A stretch of DNA of 63,551 nucleotides, filler included, from Octopus bimaculoides (taxonomy: Eukaryota), in assembly GCF_001194135.2 (NCBI RefSeq). It is 5 parts of 4 records of this genome, joined end to end, with 100 filler letters (N's around TTAATTAATTAA, not from the genome) between each part and the next. Parts side by side here need not be neighbours in the genome. Positions count along the whole stretch, not along the records: positions 26,714 to 45,989 come from NC_068987.1; positions 46,090 to 50,935 come from NC_068985.1; positions 51,036 to 53,160 come from NC_068985.1; 2 more parts are not named here. The stretch is one strand, 5' to 3'. The position numbers and the translations under genes are program-made. A model generated the notes under the pieces. That model did no database searches and was not told where the DNA came from. It saw nothing but the letters and a program-made list of their open reading frames with translations. Positions 39,430-52,443 of the stretch are shown in pieces (within the stretch, counting starts at the first letter, position 1; every line of letters begins with the position of its first letter).

Positions 39430-39760
39430 TAAAAATCAAAGAAAAAGAGGATATCTATCGACAACTGCTTCGAAACCTCCAGATTCTATATCCAGACTAT
39501 AAATTCATATTCATACCAATTCACTAGGTTTTGTTAGTAAATGCTTAAAGGAGAATCTGGATAAACTGGGGTTTTCGGAAAGCGAAATCGACCCGCTAAT
39601 TCGTACATTACAAGTGCAATCTGTGAGTAGAACAGTAAAAATATCCAAGACTTTTCTCAAGTTCCAAATGTGAATTTGTCTGTGTTAACTACACCCCAAA
39701 GATGGAGTCTTGTATTTTTGTTGGAAACCGGCTCCCTCCTCAGAGAAAGATTTATAATAA
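39430..39760 (+). mobile_element. RLE-type LINE extreme 3' end, same family as 34030-34640
   Basis: KIKEKEDIYRQLLRNLQILYPDYKF...LGFVSKCLKENLDKLGF...LIRTLQVQSVSRTVKISKTFLKFQM*. Confidence 0.75.
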
Positions 39761-39845
39761 TTAAAAATTAGAAGACACACACATACATACATGAATACAT
39801 ACATACATGCATACATAGATACATATATAGCACTTTTTTTTTCGT

Positions 39846-39963
39846 GCTTACAGCACCTAGTTTTCCCAAGTGGTCACCCATCTAAGTACTAACTAGGTTC
39901 GATGTTGCTTAACTTCGGTGATCGGAGGAGAACCGGTGCTTTCAACGTGATATGGACGTAAGC
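39846..39963 (-). pseudogene. Full-length 5S rRNA copy, probably a retropseudogene
   Basis: The reverse complement GCTTACGTCCATATCACGTTGAAAGCACCGGTTCTCCTCCGATCACCGAAGTTAAGCAAC...TTAGTACTTAGATGGGTGACC...GTGCTGTAAGC matches the 5S pattern. It is followed by A9 rather than an oligo-T terminator. Confidence 0.9.
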
Positions 39964-40399
39964 ACTTATCCACAATACAGCACTTTTGCGGCTTTCTTGT
40001 TCGCCATAGTAGAAATTGCTTGCGGAACCATAAGGTTGAGAACTAAACTTCTTACCACACAGTCATCCCTGCGCTTGTAAATATGTGTGTCCTTGAATGT
40101 ACGTGTGTGTGTGTGCGTGCGTGTATTTGTGTGTGCGCACGTGTGTGTGCATGCGTGTATATGTGTATGTGTGTTTGTGTGTGTGTGTGTGTGTATATAG
40201 GTAAGCATGTATGTATGTATGCATGTATGTATATCCACAATATAGTTCAATCCTTTTTCCACGATGCGGGGAAAAAGTCGTCGATAACCTATGCACCGTA
40301 GAGAGGGAAGGGCTTAAGTGTGTATGTTCACATGTATATATATATATATGTGTGTGTGAGCACGCGTGTGTGTGTGAATATACATATATATATATATAT

Positions 40400-40437
<38 letters not shown>

Positions 40438-40438
<1 letters not shown>

Positions 40439-40560
40439 TGTATGTATGTATGTATATAGATATGTATGTATGTATGTATATAGATATGTATGTATGTATG
40501 TATATAGATATGTATGTATGTATGTATATAGATATGTATGTATGTATGTATATAGATATG
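40438..40560. repeat. 24-bp minisatellite (tatagatatgtatgtatgtatgta) running into a gap
   Basis: About 5 copies visible. Confidence 0.9.
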
Positions 40561-43126
40561 NNNNNNNNNNNNNNNNNNNNNNNNNNNNNNNNNNNNNNNN
40601 NNNNNNNNNNNNNNNNNNNNNNNNNNNNNNNNNNNNNNNNNNNNNNNNNNNNNNNNNNNNNNNNNNNNNNNNNNNNNNNNNNNNNNNNNNNNNNNNNNNN
40701 NNNNNNNNNNNNNNNNNNNNNNNNNNNNNNNNNNNNNNNNNNNNNNNNNNNNNNNNNNNNNNNNNNNNNNNNNNNNNNNNNNNNNNNNNNNNNNNNNNNN
40801 NNNNNNNNNNNNNNNNNNNNNNNNNNNNNNNNNNNNNNNNNNNNNNNNNNNNNNNNNNNNNNNNNNNNNNNNNNNNNNNNNNNNNNNNNNNNNNNNNNNN
40901 NNNNNNNNNNNNNNNNNNNNNNNNNNNNNNNNNNNNNNNNNNNNNNNNNNNNNNNNNNNNNNNNNNNNNNNNNNNNNNNNNNNNNNNNNNNNNNNNNNNN
41001 NNNNNNNNNNNNNNNNNNNNNNNNNNNNNNNNNNNNNNNNNNNNNNNNNNNNNNNNNNNNNNNNNNNNNNNNNNNNNNNNNNNNNNNNNNNNNNNNNNNN
41101 NNNNNNNNNNNNNNNNNNNNNNNNNNNNNNNNNNNNNNNNNNNNNNNNNNNNNNNNNNNNNNNNNNNNNNNNNNNNNNNNNNNNNNNNNNNNNNNNNNNN
41201 NNNNNNNNNNNNNNNNNNNNNNNNNNNNNNNNNNNNNNNNNNNNNNNNNNNNNNNNNNNNNNNNNNNNNNNNNNNNNNNNNNNNNNNNNNNNNNNNNNNN
41301 NNNNNNNNNNNNNNNNNNNNNNNNNNNNNNNNNNNNNNNNNNNNNNNNNNNNNNNNNNNNNNNNNNNNNNNNNNNNNNNNNNNNNNNNNNNNNNNNNNNN
41401 NNNNNNNNNNNNNNNNNNNNNNNNNNNNNNNNNNNNNNNNNNNNNNNNNNNNNNNNNNNNNNNNNNNNNNNNNNNNNNNNNNNNNNNNNNNNNNNNNNNN
41501 NNNNNNNNAAAAAGACAGGCTTCTTGTCTGGAGATAAGAGAATAGCGGACGCGTGTTTCTTGGTCAATAGCTGTCACACACACGCACGCACACACACATA
41601 CACACACACACACACACGCACACACACACATACACACACACACACACACGCACACACACATATAATCTCAACTATCCGTCTCTCCCTTCTTAACTAAATA
41701 CTGCCACCAACTAAACTTCTCTCTTGATTTATTCACTTCGTCTTCCTTTTTCCTATACACTCGGTTCAACTCTCTGTCCTCTCTTACTCTACCTCCCCCT
41801 CTATATATCCTTCCTCCTTCTCTTTTTATCACCCCCACTCTTTCACCTTTCTTAATATCTGTTCTCAAATGCACCTCTTCCCTCTTTGGTTTCTCCTTTT
41901 TTTTTCCTTTGTCCGCTGTATCTCTCTACCTCTCTCACTTCGTCCTTGTCTTTCTACCTATCTCTTTCTCTATAGTCCCCATCACCTCCCTCTCTCTCTC
42001 TCCCTCTCTTTCCCTCTCTCTCCCTCCCTCTAAACCTTCTATTCGTTCCCCTTTCCAATCTCCTCGTTCCTTGTCGTTCCCGCAATCGCCTCAACTACAC
42101 GCCACATATTCTGACACACTCCATCTCAGTGCACCACTAGCTCCAACTCACTCATCCTCATCATCTCTCTCTCTCTCCCTCTCTCTCTCTCTCATTCACT
42201 CACCCACCTTCAATCTCCCTTTCCCTTCTCCTGCCTCTAGCCGTCAGGTTTCACCAATACCAATTCCCCAATCGTAGTTATCTGACAATAAATTCATAAT
42301 TAGAGCCATCGGATGCGTCCACTCAACACAACAATTACAACAACAACTACAACTAAAATAACATAACATACGCACAAATATAATTCTACACACAGGTGCA
42401 CACTCACAGGTGCACACTCACAGGTGCACACATTCACACACAAATACATTAAGCAGGAACAACCAGCTTCTTTGGTCCAATTCCCAAAATCATTTCTGTT
42501 TTCCTCCCCCCGAAAGCTAAGTAATGCGTACATACACGTTCCTCTGTGTGTGTGTGTGTGTGTGTGTNNNNNNNNNNNNNNNNNNNNNNNNNNNNNNNNN
42601 NNNNNNNNNNNNNNNNNNNNNNNNNNNNNNNNNNNNNNNNNNNNNNNNNNNNNNNNNNNNNNNNNNNNNNNNNNNNNNNNNNNNNNNNNNNNNNNNNNNN
42701 NNNNNNNNNNNNNNNNNNNNNNNNNNNNNNNNNNNNNNNNNNNNNNNNNNNNNNNNNNNNNNNNNNNNNNNNNNNNNNNNNNNNNNNNNNNNNNNNNNNN
42801 NNNNNNNNNNNNNNNNNNNNNNNNNNNNNNNNNNNNNNNNNNNNNNNNNNNNNNNNNNNNNNNNNNNNNNNNNNNNNNNNNNNNNNNNNNNNNNNNNNNN
42901 NNNNNNNNNNNNNNNNNNNNNNNNNNNNNNNNNNNNNNNNNNNNNNNNNNNNNNNNNNNNNNNNNNNNNNNNNNNNNNNNNNNNNNNNNNNNNNNNNNNN
43001 NNNNNNNNNNNNNNNNNNNNNNNNNNNNNNNNNNNNNNNNNNNNNNNNNNNNNNNNNNNNNNNNNNNNNNNNNNNNNNNNNNNNNNNNNNNNNNNNNNNN
43101 NNNNNNNNNNNNNNNNNNNNNNNNNN

Positions 43127-43175
<49 letters not shown>

Positions 43176-43464
43176 TATATGTTCATAGATAGATAGATAG
43201 GTTTACACGAACATATATACTCAAATATATGTGAACTCGTTTGTGTATGTATGCGTGTATGACTGTATACTATTTATACATACGTATAGTTGTGTGCTCA
43301 CAGACTTGCGCCTAAATATACATATCTGCACACATGTGCGTGTGTTATATATGCTTGTGTATATACATATAAATGCATATATACACTTACATATATACAC
43401 GCACGCACACACACACACATTTATATATACATATGTATACGCGCGCGCGCGCACACACACACAC

Positions 43465-43523
<59 letters not shown>

Positions 43524-43854
43524 TATATACATCAAAATATATTTTAATGTATAGACGTGAGTAAGAGTAAATACCAGTATGCACAACTACCGAGAGGTGG
43601 GTGGGGGCCTAGCATGGGCAAGTGCCTCAGGGTCCGAGTTTGCTCCCAGACCAATAAACGCAAATTAATATGAAATTAATAATGTAATAGTTGACATTAG
43701 ATTTGTTTCGTTTCTGCCACTTGAACTGGTTTGAGGCATCTCAAATGATAGAACTAATTCCGACATATTATATGAAAATTTAATTCCAAATAAAAATTCT
43801 CTTTCCCCTCAATGTACATCATACAATTTATATATACAAATATATATATATTCT

Positions 43855-44220
43855 TTTATTTGTTTTAGTTGTTTGACTGCGACCATACTGGAGCACCAGC
43901 TTAAAGGGTTTTTGGTCGAAGAAAACTAACCAAGGACTTATTCTTTATAAGCCTAGTACTTATTCTAGTACTCTTTTGCCGAACCACTAGGTGACAGGGA
44001 TGTAAACACACCAGCATCGGTTGTCAAGCGATGGTAGGGAACAAACATAGACACATACACATAAATACATTCATATATATATTCCGTCAACCAAATTCAC
44101 TCACAAGGCTTTGGTCGGTCCTAGACCACAGTAAAAGACACTTACCCAATGTTTCATGCAGTGGAGCTGAGCCCGGAACCATGTGGTTAGGAAGCAAGCT
44201 TCTTACCACACAGCCACGCA
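43855..44220 (-). mobile_element. SINE family C copy
   Basis: Reverse complement of the family C head and tail. Confidence 0.85.
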
Positions 44221-44293
44221 TATATGATGGTCTTATAGGAAGCTGTATATTCTGTGTAAAGATATATATGTATATATATATATATATATGTTT

Positions 44294-44394
<101 letters not shown>

Positions 44395-46089
44395 GTTTAT
44401 AATTTACTTGTTCGACAGCAAAAGCGTTTCGTGCGAATAAATTCGCAATTATTCAAACTTCGATTGAATAGCTACGAATATATTTGCACGGAACCTACGG
44501 CATTGAACATCTGTATTATTATATAATGAAATTTTTTATTTACCTATGTGGTGTTGAGATATCATTCTTCCATTTTATCACAAACATCTGTATGCTTAAG
44601 TATGTATGTGAGTGTGTGTGTAGCATTATAGCATCATCAATTCTGTGTCTTTTTCAATTACTAACTACACTTATCTTTCAATTATTCTCTTTGTGTTTCT
44701 TTTTCACTCACATTCTGTTCTACCGTCTATTCTGTATTTCAATGCCTCTACCCTCTACAATATATAATTGTGTTCGACTGACTCAGGTCTGATATGTTGC
44801 AATTGTTGTTAAGTATACTAACAGCTGATGTTACCCAACTGATTCACTGTAAAGACTACAAGCTTGGCTTGACTCATTTCAAGTTAATGTCCAGAAATCT
44901 AAAATCGATTTCATATCACCTTCGAACTTGGTTTCCTATAACCTCTTATCTGTTCACATCACCAGTACCCATTTCTCTGATTTAGCTGAAATAATATTCT
45001 TTTTTTCATTTTGCCCTTCCATAATCTGGACACGATTTTGAGTGATTATGTTGTAAAATGAAACAAGGGTGATCTGAAATTTATATCCCGTGATGTCATG
45101 CACCCAACCCAGTATGCTACAAACTTCCATATTGCTAAGAGTTCAAGGCAAATAAATGTCTTTTCTAATCATTGAGTGTTCTTAATTACTTATACATGAG
45201 GCAATTTCCTCAGTTGCAATATAGCATTGTTTTGATGTTGCAAATGGCCAACCATACTTAAAAGCCAGGGTTTTAAATTTTTGATCAGTCTGGTGGCGTG
45301 CGGTTAGCCACTTAGGCCCAGTATAACATCTATATTTGGCTAAGTTTCAAGGTTAACTTTATACCAAGAGAATGGGGTTTTTATATTTAAATGGTGACAT
45401 CTGCTTGGTATCAGTCATCATCAGTTCAATATTTTATTCTCTGTTTTCTTTCAATATTAAAGTTTTCAATTTTTTTTTTCTAACTTTAAATCAAGCGTGA
45501 CTAAAACAACAAAATGTAACAGAATTTCGTAAATTATTCGCTTTCATTCCCTGTTGATTAAGGACTCGTTTAAAGAGTCAATAATCGATGGATGTAGATC
45601 AAAGTGAGGCAACTTTTTTTTTTCGGTTAAAACACGTTGACAAAATTGATTATCTTAAAACAAATGAAAAATAAATTGTTGTTGATATTGTTGTTGATGA
45701 TGATGATAATGATGATGATGATGATGATGACGACGACGACGACGACGACGACGACGATGATGATGATGATGATGATGATGATATACTCTGAAGATATTCT
45801 AAAACCATATTTATTTCCAGATTTTTACCATAAAATTGTCATTGAATATAAGTTTTCTCAACAGCTTCAGCTTCCTTAAAAAATTCTCATTATAAATATC
45901 TTACAGATGAATTTTGTATATATTTTTTTAATGATGGGATATGAATTATAGTAAGAGATTACAGTAAAAAAGAAATAGTGCCCAACAGTNNNNNNNNNNN
46001 NNNNNNNNNNNNNNNNNNNNNNNNNNNNNNNNNTTAATTAATTAANNNNNNNNNNNNNNNNNNNNNNNNNNNNNNNNNNNNNNNNNNNN

Positions 46090-46153
<64 letters not shown>

Positions 46154-46199
46154 AATATGCGTGCGTGCAAATTTTTGTGTTTGCATTGAGGTTATTGCC

Positions 46200-46345
46200 C
46201 GCTACATCGCGGACAACTGACCGAGTGGTTACAAATAGCAGTAATATTTCTGGTTCTCAGTACTCTGAGTTCAGTTTCCACCGAGGTCAACTCTGCTTTT
46301 CATATCTTTAGGATCGATAAACTAAGAGCCAGTCCTGCACTGTTA
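46200..46345 (+). mobile_element. SINE family B copy (degenerate)
   Basis: ctgagttcagtttccaccgaggtcaactctgcttttcat...gatcgataa. Confidence 0.65.
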
Positions 46346-46378
46346 TCATTTCTTCTTCTTCTTCTTCTTCTTCTTCTT

Positions 46379-46416
<38 letters not shown>

Positions 46417-46424
46417 CATTATTA

Positions 46425-46471
<47 letters not shown>

Positions 46472-46841
46472 GTGGAAATTGGCTGTGGTCAGGCCTTGGG
46501 AAAACACGAGTTTCGTCAGGTGTAAAGATGGCTAAGACACACTATATGTCAAGACATCGCCCTACAACTCCATCAAAGAATTTATGGCCCAAGCCAAGGC
46601 AAAGTATTATCCACTTTACCAAAGTCTGGATTCGGACAAATTGGATGAAATTTGAAGGTGTTTAGATCGATTTCTATAACTATTCAATAACTTCCATAAT
46701 TTGATATGCATAAATTATTTAAAATTTATAATGTTTGCAAATGTTGTAAAATGAATTAGACTTCGTTTATACGATATATACCAATTAATTCCATTGCAAT
46801 TTTTATGCAAAGCCATTACGCAACTAACGAATGCTTAGAGC

Positions 46842-47012
46842 CGGTGGCGTAACTAGAATGCGCGTCGGCTGGAGAAGTCACTGAGTTTACCGTGCCCTCT
46901 GATCCCTGCCCTTTATACAGGCTTATACAGTGGAGCCAAAACTGTTACTTCTATAAAAGCGTCGCCTGGGGTGGACTGCACCCATCGCCCACCACCACCA
47001 GCTACGCATATG
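46842..47012. mobile_element. GC-rich MITE with CAGTGGCGTAGC-type TIRs
   Basis: Left end cggtggcgtaactag, right end ccagctacgcatatg (decayed inverted match). Confidence 0.55.
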
Positions 47013-47129
47013 TTTAAAACTCAAGATTATGATTGAGGTAAGTTATATCATAATTAGAGTTTCACAATTATTTAACTATCAATGCCATTAAATATAGATG
47101 TTGAGGACTCTTTATGCTCACAGTCTAGC

Positions 47130-47282
47130 CAGGGCATGGGCAAATTTTTTCGCGGTGCCGGCCGCATGCGACATTGGTTATCATAAAATCATAAAGCGGG
47201 CTACACTACAACAAAAAAAAAGGTAATTTTTCGTTAGGCGAGCCGTTCAGGAAGTCCTGAGGCCACAGTTTACCCGTAACTG
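47130..47282. mobile_element. hAT (Charlie-like) MITE
   Basis: cagggcatgggcaaa ... tttacccgtaactg, with gtctag on both flanks (hAT NTCTAGAN target preference). Confidence 0.65.
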
Positions 47283-47544
47283 GTCTAGATTCTCAAAGCT
47301 CTTAAATTATGGTGACAATGCTTACATCAGTGCCTTTGTGGTCTTCGCGGTCCTGGCGTGTTTTATCCGCAACATATTTGAAGTACACTACAAAATAAAA
47401 ATAATAATTCCCTCTTTAAAAAGAGCGCATTAATGAAAACTGATACTCGACTAATCTAATTTAATAGTAATTAATATCATTATTATTGTATTATTATGTG
47501 GACGATAGATTTGTTGGAATCATTAGAGCACCAGTTATAAAATT

Positions 47545-47730
47545 CCTTGCAGTATTTCTTCTAACTATTTACGTTCTGTATTTTTTCTATTTACGTTCAA
47601 ATCCCGCCGAGGTCAGTTTTATCTTTCATCTTTCCGAGGTCGATAAAATAATGTACCAGTCAAATATAGAGCTCGATGATATCAACTAATCTCTTCTCAA
47701 AGTTGTTGGCCTTGTGCCTACATTAGAAAC
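47545..47730 (+). mobile_element. SINE family B copy; further degenerate copies at about 47745-47870 and 48215-48420
   Basis: ttcaaatcccgccgaggtcag...ggtcgataaaataatgtaccag. Confidence 0.7.
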
Positions 47731-47966
47731 AATAATTAAAATCGTGGTGGAGTGCAGAATCAGTAAAACGGTAACAAAAATGCCTTACAGTATTTGCCAC
47801 ATCTTTTCACATTAAGATTTTTTAATTTCAATGAGGACAACTTTGATTTTCATTTACCTGAAATCAGTAAATTAAAATATCTGCCGGCTGCTGATATGCT
47901 ATAACTCTTACCTCAAAATCGGTGACTGTTGTATTTCGTTCCTCCTCTCTTTATTGTATATGCAAA

Positions 47967-48120
47967 CACTAGCGTAGCTAGGTGGGGAGGCCGGTAGGGG
48001 CGGTCCACCCGGGCGGCACTTTTAATGGGTCTGCTGTAGGTAATAAGTGTTTTTTGTGGGCTCTGGGAGCAGCAAACGGAAGGGCCACCCAGGGCAGCAC
48101 ACACTCCACCTATGCTAGTG
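47967..48120. mobile_element. GC-rich MITE
   Basis: Inverted ends cactagcgtagctaggtgg and ccacctatgctagtg. Confidence 0.6.
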
Positions 48121-48547
48121 TATGTTAGTTTGCAACCTTTTTTATAAAAGGAAAGGTTTTATATTTTATGCGAGGAGCTCATGTGACCAATAAAGAAATA
48201 ATTATTATCATAAGTGAAAGATAGTGGATTTGAAGATTTGGACAAAATGACTAGAGATATTTGTTCCAGCTTTTTATGTTGAGTTCAAATCCTGCCGAGG
48301 TCAAATTTACCTTTCATCCTTTTTGGGTCATTAAAATAAAATACCAGGCAAGTACAGGGTTCCATTTAATCAATTGTTCCCTTTCCCTAATTTCTGGCCT
48401 TGTATCAATGTTTAAAATCATTGCAAATACTAAGTAGCTTTGATAATACAAATTTATGTTAAAGGTCTTGCAGTGTTTAGGTTTGTCTCATTCAATCCTA
48501 AGTTCATATTTTACTAACTTTCAGCTCCACATTTTATCCATCTAGAG

Positions 48548-48894
48548 CAGTAGTTCTCAACCATTTTTAATCAATAGACCCCTTGATTACTATCTTATTC
48601 TGGTGGACCCCCATAGCCATTTGATGTTTAAAAAAAACTAGTTTTAAAGATACTTCTTTCAAAATTCTTATTTTGTTTATCACATTCATTTTTGTAAGCT
48701 GAATTGTGTAAAATGTCAGAGAAAGAAACCTAGCTGTTTCTTGCAATAACTACATCTAAAGGAAAATTTTTCATGGATCCATAAGATAATACCATGGTCC
48801 CAATTTACTATTTTGCTTGTTTGGACCCCCCACCCTACCCCCAAATCCTACGTGGACCACAAAGGGCCATATGGATCCCAACTGAGAACCACTG
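48548..48894. mobile_element. hAT MITE with 8-bp TSD
   Basis: TIRs cagtagttctca and tgagaaccactg; TSD atctagag / atcttgag (7/8 identical). Confidence 0.9.
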
Positions 48895-49448
48895 ATCTTG
48901 AGCCTTAATCCTCAAACTGAGCACCCCAAAGGAGTATTTAAGTGTGCCATGATTTTTTTTTTATTTTACAGCTTTAGAAAATCCATACTAGTTTATGAAC
49001 ATCTTAAAAACGTGTTTTTTATAATCTTCTTATACTCAAATATAATTAATAAACCAAGGTAAATAAAATTTATCTATATTTGTTCTACAGTCAAAATAAC
49101 TACCAAAGTTATTGGGTCGATTTAGTCAACAACCTTTGCCAAAATATACAAGGCATTATTCCTAAGTTAGAAATCATTGTTTTGCTAACATACATCAACA
49201 ATGTTATCTCATAACATTTATAATCTATGCTATATTTTATACTTTAAATCATAGTGAAAAAACACTAGAAATACTGCAAAAATCAACTTACTGTATGCCA
49301 CACCAATTTGACGTGGAACAGCATCCATTCCATAATAGTGTTTGTGTGCCAATGCCAAGCTAGCTAAACGATGGCCTTTCAGTGACGCAAGGAGCAAGAA
49401 ACTGTGTGACTATAAAACATGAAATATAAATATTGTCTATAACTATAA

Positions 49449-49639
49449 GGTATTATAGATCCATTTCAGCCGATTTTACCAGTCGGTTTCATACATGAGT
49501 CAGTGAAGAATCTAAGACAGCATTTTAAAAGATATATGTCACTCTCTTAGACACTCCCTTCTGACAAACGCACAGGTTCTCCCCTAATTTATGTGTGAAA
49601 CCAATAGGTAAAAATCGGCTGAAATGGATCTATAATACC
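49449..49639. mobile_element. MITE with about 48-bp near-perfect TIRs
   Basis: ggtattatagatccatttcagccgattttacc...gtttcatacat is mirrored by atgtgtgaaacc...ggtaaaaatcggctgaaatggatctataatacc. Confidence 0.9.
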
Positions 49640-50221
49640 ATACAGTAAAATTATTAATANNNNNNNNNNNNNNNNNNNNNNNNNNNNNNNNNNNNNNNNN
49701 NNNNNNNNNNNNNNNNNNNNNNNNNNNNNNNNNNNNNNNNNNNNNNNNNNNNNNNNNNNNNNNNNNNNNNNNNNNNNNNNNNNNNNNNNNNNNNNNNNNN
49801 NNNNNNNNNNNNNNNNNNNNNNNNNNNNNNNNNNNNNNNNNNNNNNNNNNNNNNNNNNNNNNNNNNNNNNNNNNNNNNNNNNNNNNNNNNNNNNNNNNNN
49901 NNNNNNNNNNNNNNNNNNNNNNNNNNNNNNNNNNNNNNNNNNNNNNNNNNNNNNNNNNNNNNNNNNNNNNNNNNNNNNNNNNNNNNNNNNNNNNNNNNNN
50001 NNNNNNNNNNNNNNNNNNNNNNNNNNNNNNNNNNNNNNNNNNNNNNNNNNNNNNNNNNNNNNNNNNNNNNNNNNNNNNNNNNNNNNNNNNNNNNNNNNNN
50101 NNNNNNNNNNNNNNNNNNNNNNNNNNNNNNNNNNNNNNNNNNNNNNNNNNNNNNNNNNNNNNNNNNNNNNNNNNNNNNNNNNNNNNNNNNNNNNNNNNNN
50201 NNNNNNTATATATATTCTTTT

Positions 50222-50600
50222 ATTTTTTTTATTTCAGTCATTTGACTGTGGCCATGCTGGGGCACCGCCTTCAGTCGAACAAATCGACCCCAGGTCTCAT
50301 TATTTGTAAGCCTAGTACTTATTCTATCGGTCTCTTTTGCCAAATTGCTAAGTTACTAGGATGTAAACACACCAACATCGGTTGTCAAGCGATGGTGAGT
50401 AGACAAGCACAAACACACAAACACACACACCTATATATATATATATGTATATGTATATATATATATACGACGGGCTTCTTTCAGTTTCCATCTACCAAGT
50501 CCACTCACAAGGCTTTGGTCAGCCCAAAGTGTCATGCAGTGGGACTGAATCTGGGACTATGTGGTTGATAAGCAAGCTACTTACCACACAGCCACACCTG
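50222..50600 (-). mobile_element. SINE family C copy
   Basis: Reverse complement of the family C head and tail. Confidence 0.85.
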
Positions 50601-50655
50601 TGCCTATATGTGTGTGTGTGTGTGTGTGTGTGTTATCTGAAGTGTACAGTGTTAC

Positions 50656-50810
50656 ATATCCATCATGGCTGATCTTACCAATCGGTTTCACACTATGTGT
50701 ACAATGGAGTGTTAGGTAACAATCCCATGATATAACCCTGATTGCTGCCTAACACTCTGTTGTACCCTTAGCGTGAAACTGATTAGTAAGATCAGCCATG
50801 GTGAATATAT
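50656..50810. mobile_element. Fold-back MITE (about 70-bp arms, 15-nt loop)
   Basis: Arm 50656-50724 pairs with arm 50740-50810. Confidence 0.85.
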
Positions 50811-51035
50811 AATATACCCACTCTATTGACACATATATGAGTGCATCTTTTTCCTGACTTATGGATTCTTAGATGACTTATGCTCATATATACATATAAA
50901 CCAATATACATATATATATATATATACATATATATNNNNNNNNNNNNNNNNNNNNNNNNNNNNNNNNNNNNNNNNNNNNTTAATTAATTAANNNNNNNNN
51001 NNNNNNNNNNNNNNNNNNNNNNNNNNNNNNNNNNN

Positions 51036-51085
<50 letters not shown>

Positions 51086-51258
51086 TGTACTGTATGAATG
51101 TAGTTGCTTGCAAGTGCAGTGGTATGCACAGACAAATACATACACACACATATATACATGTAAGTATGCATGTATGCATGTATTAAAGAGAGAAAGTGAG
51201 ATAAAGCGAGAAATATATATATACATATCGATAGATAGATAGATAGATAGATAGGTAA

Positions 51259-51313
<55 letters not shown>

Positions 51314-51814
51314 TACATGCACACACACACACACACACATATATGTATACAGAGAAAGAGAGTGAGGGGAAGAGAGAGAAAATGTAAGAACGACAGCGTA
51401 TGAAATTAAGAGAAAGGTAAATACAGATAGAGAAAGAAGGAGAGGGAGAGAGAAAGGGGCAGGGGAGAGTAAAATGTAAATATATGAATATGTATTTGTG
51501 ATAATGAGTGGGGGGGAGCGAATACGTTTGCTAGCTGCAGCAAAGATCGTCGATCTGGTGCTTAAGAAGCATGTCTGCCTATGACTGATGCTAAAATCTT
51601 GTTGAACCATTTACTGAATACCAATATTTATCCATTCCTCTTGCTTTGTATAGCGGTAAAACAGCAAGATTGATGGAATTACCTCGACTTCTTCAACACT
51701 AAACTTTTTGATGTGTGCTTGTGTGTATATGAGATGTTTTCGCACGAGCTTGTGATGTATCTGTGTATCTGTCTGGGAAGCTGTATGTATGTGTATATAT
51801 ATGTGCGTGCGTGT

Positions 51815-51848
<34 letters not shown>

Positions 51849-51972
51849 AGGGGTGGCTGTGGGCTGGCTGGTTGGCTGTGTGGTGTATCTCACTTCGCAT
51901 TTGTGATTGTGTATATGAATATCTTCTAGCTTTGTTCCTTGTTTGCTTGTGTAAGTGCATGTGTATGTATGC

Positions 51973-52050
<78 letters not shown>

Positions 52051-52443
52051 GGTGTCTATATATCTCTCTTTGACTCATGTGCATATATTTATGAAATGGA
52101 CATGCGTAGGCTTTTGCATGTCTTTAAGTGTGTCCATTATATGTATGCACAAGATAGACAGTGGCCGTTTGTCATGCTTGTGTGTATACGTTCTCTCTCT
52201 CTCCCTCTCTCTCTCTTCCGCCCTTTCTCTTTCTCCATTTCTCTTTCGCTCTCTTTTCCTCCCACTCTCTTTCTATCGCCCTCTCTATCAAAATGCCCCC
52301 CACACACACACACACTCTCAACCCAAACTTTCTGCAAGTTAGATTTATCTTGACGTATCCTGAACAGTGAACAGTAGTTCGAGAGACTTCCACGTTAACA
52401 ATTTATGTTTTTCCGGAGATTCTCGAGATTCTAATTTGCTTAA

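Noticed and set aside
49292-49410. Alternative frame HKHYYGNGCCSTSNWCGI resembling the pediocin YYGNG box or hevein CCSxxxWCG
   Set aside because: Short coincidental motifs; the remaining cysteines and the precursor context are missing.
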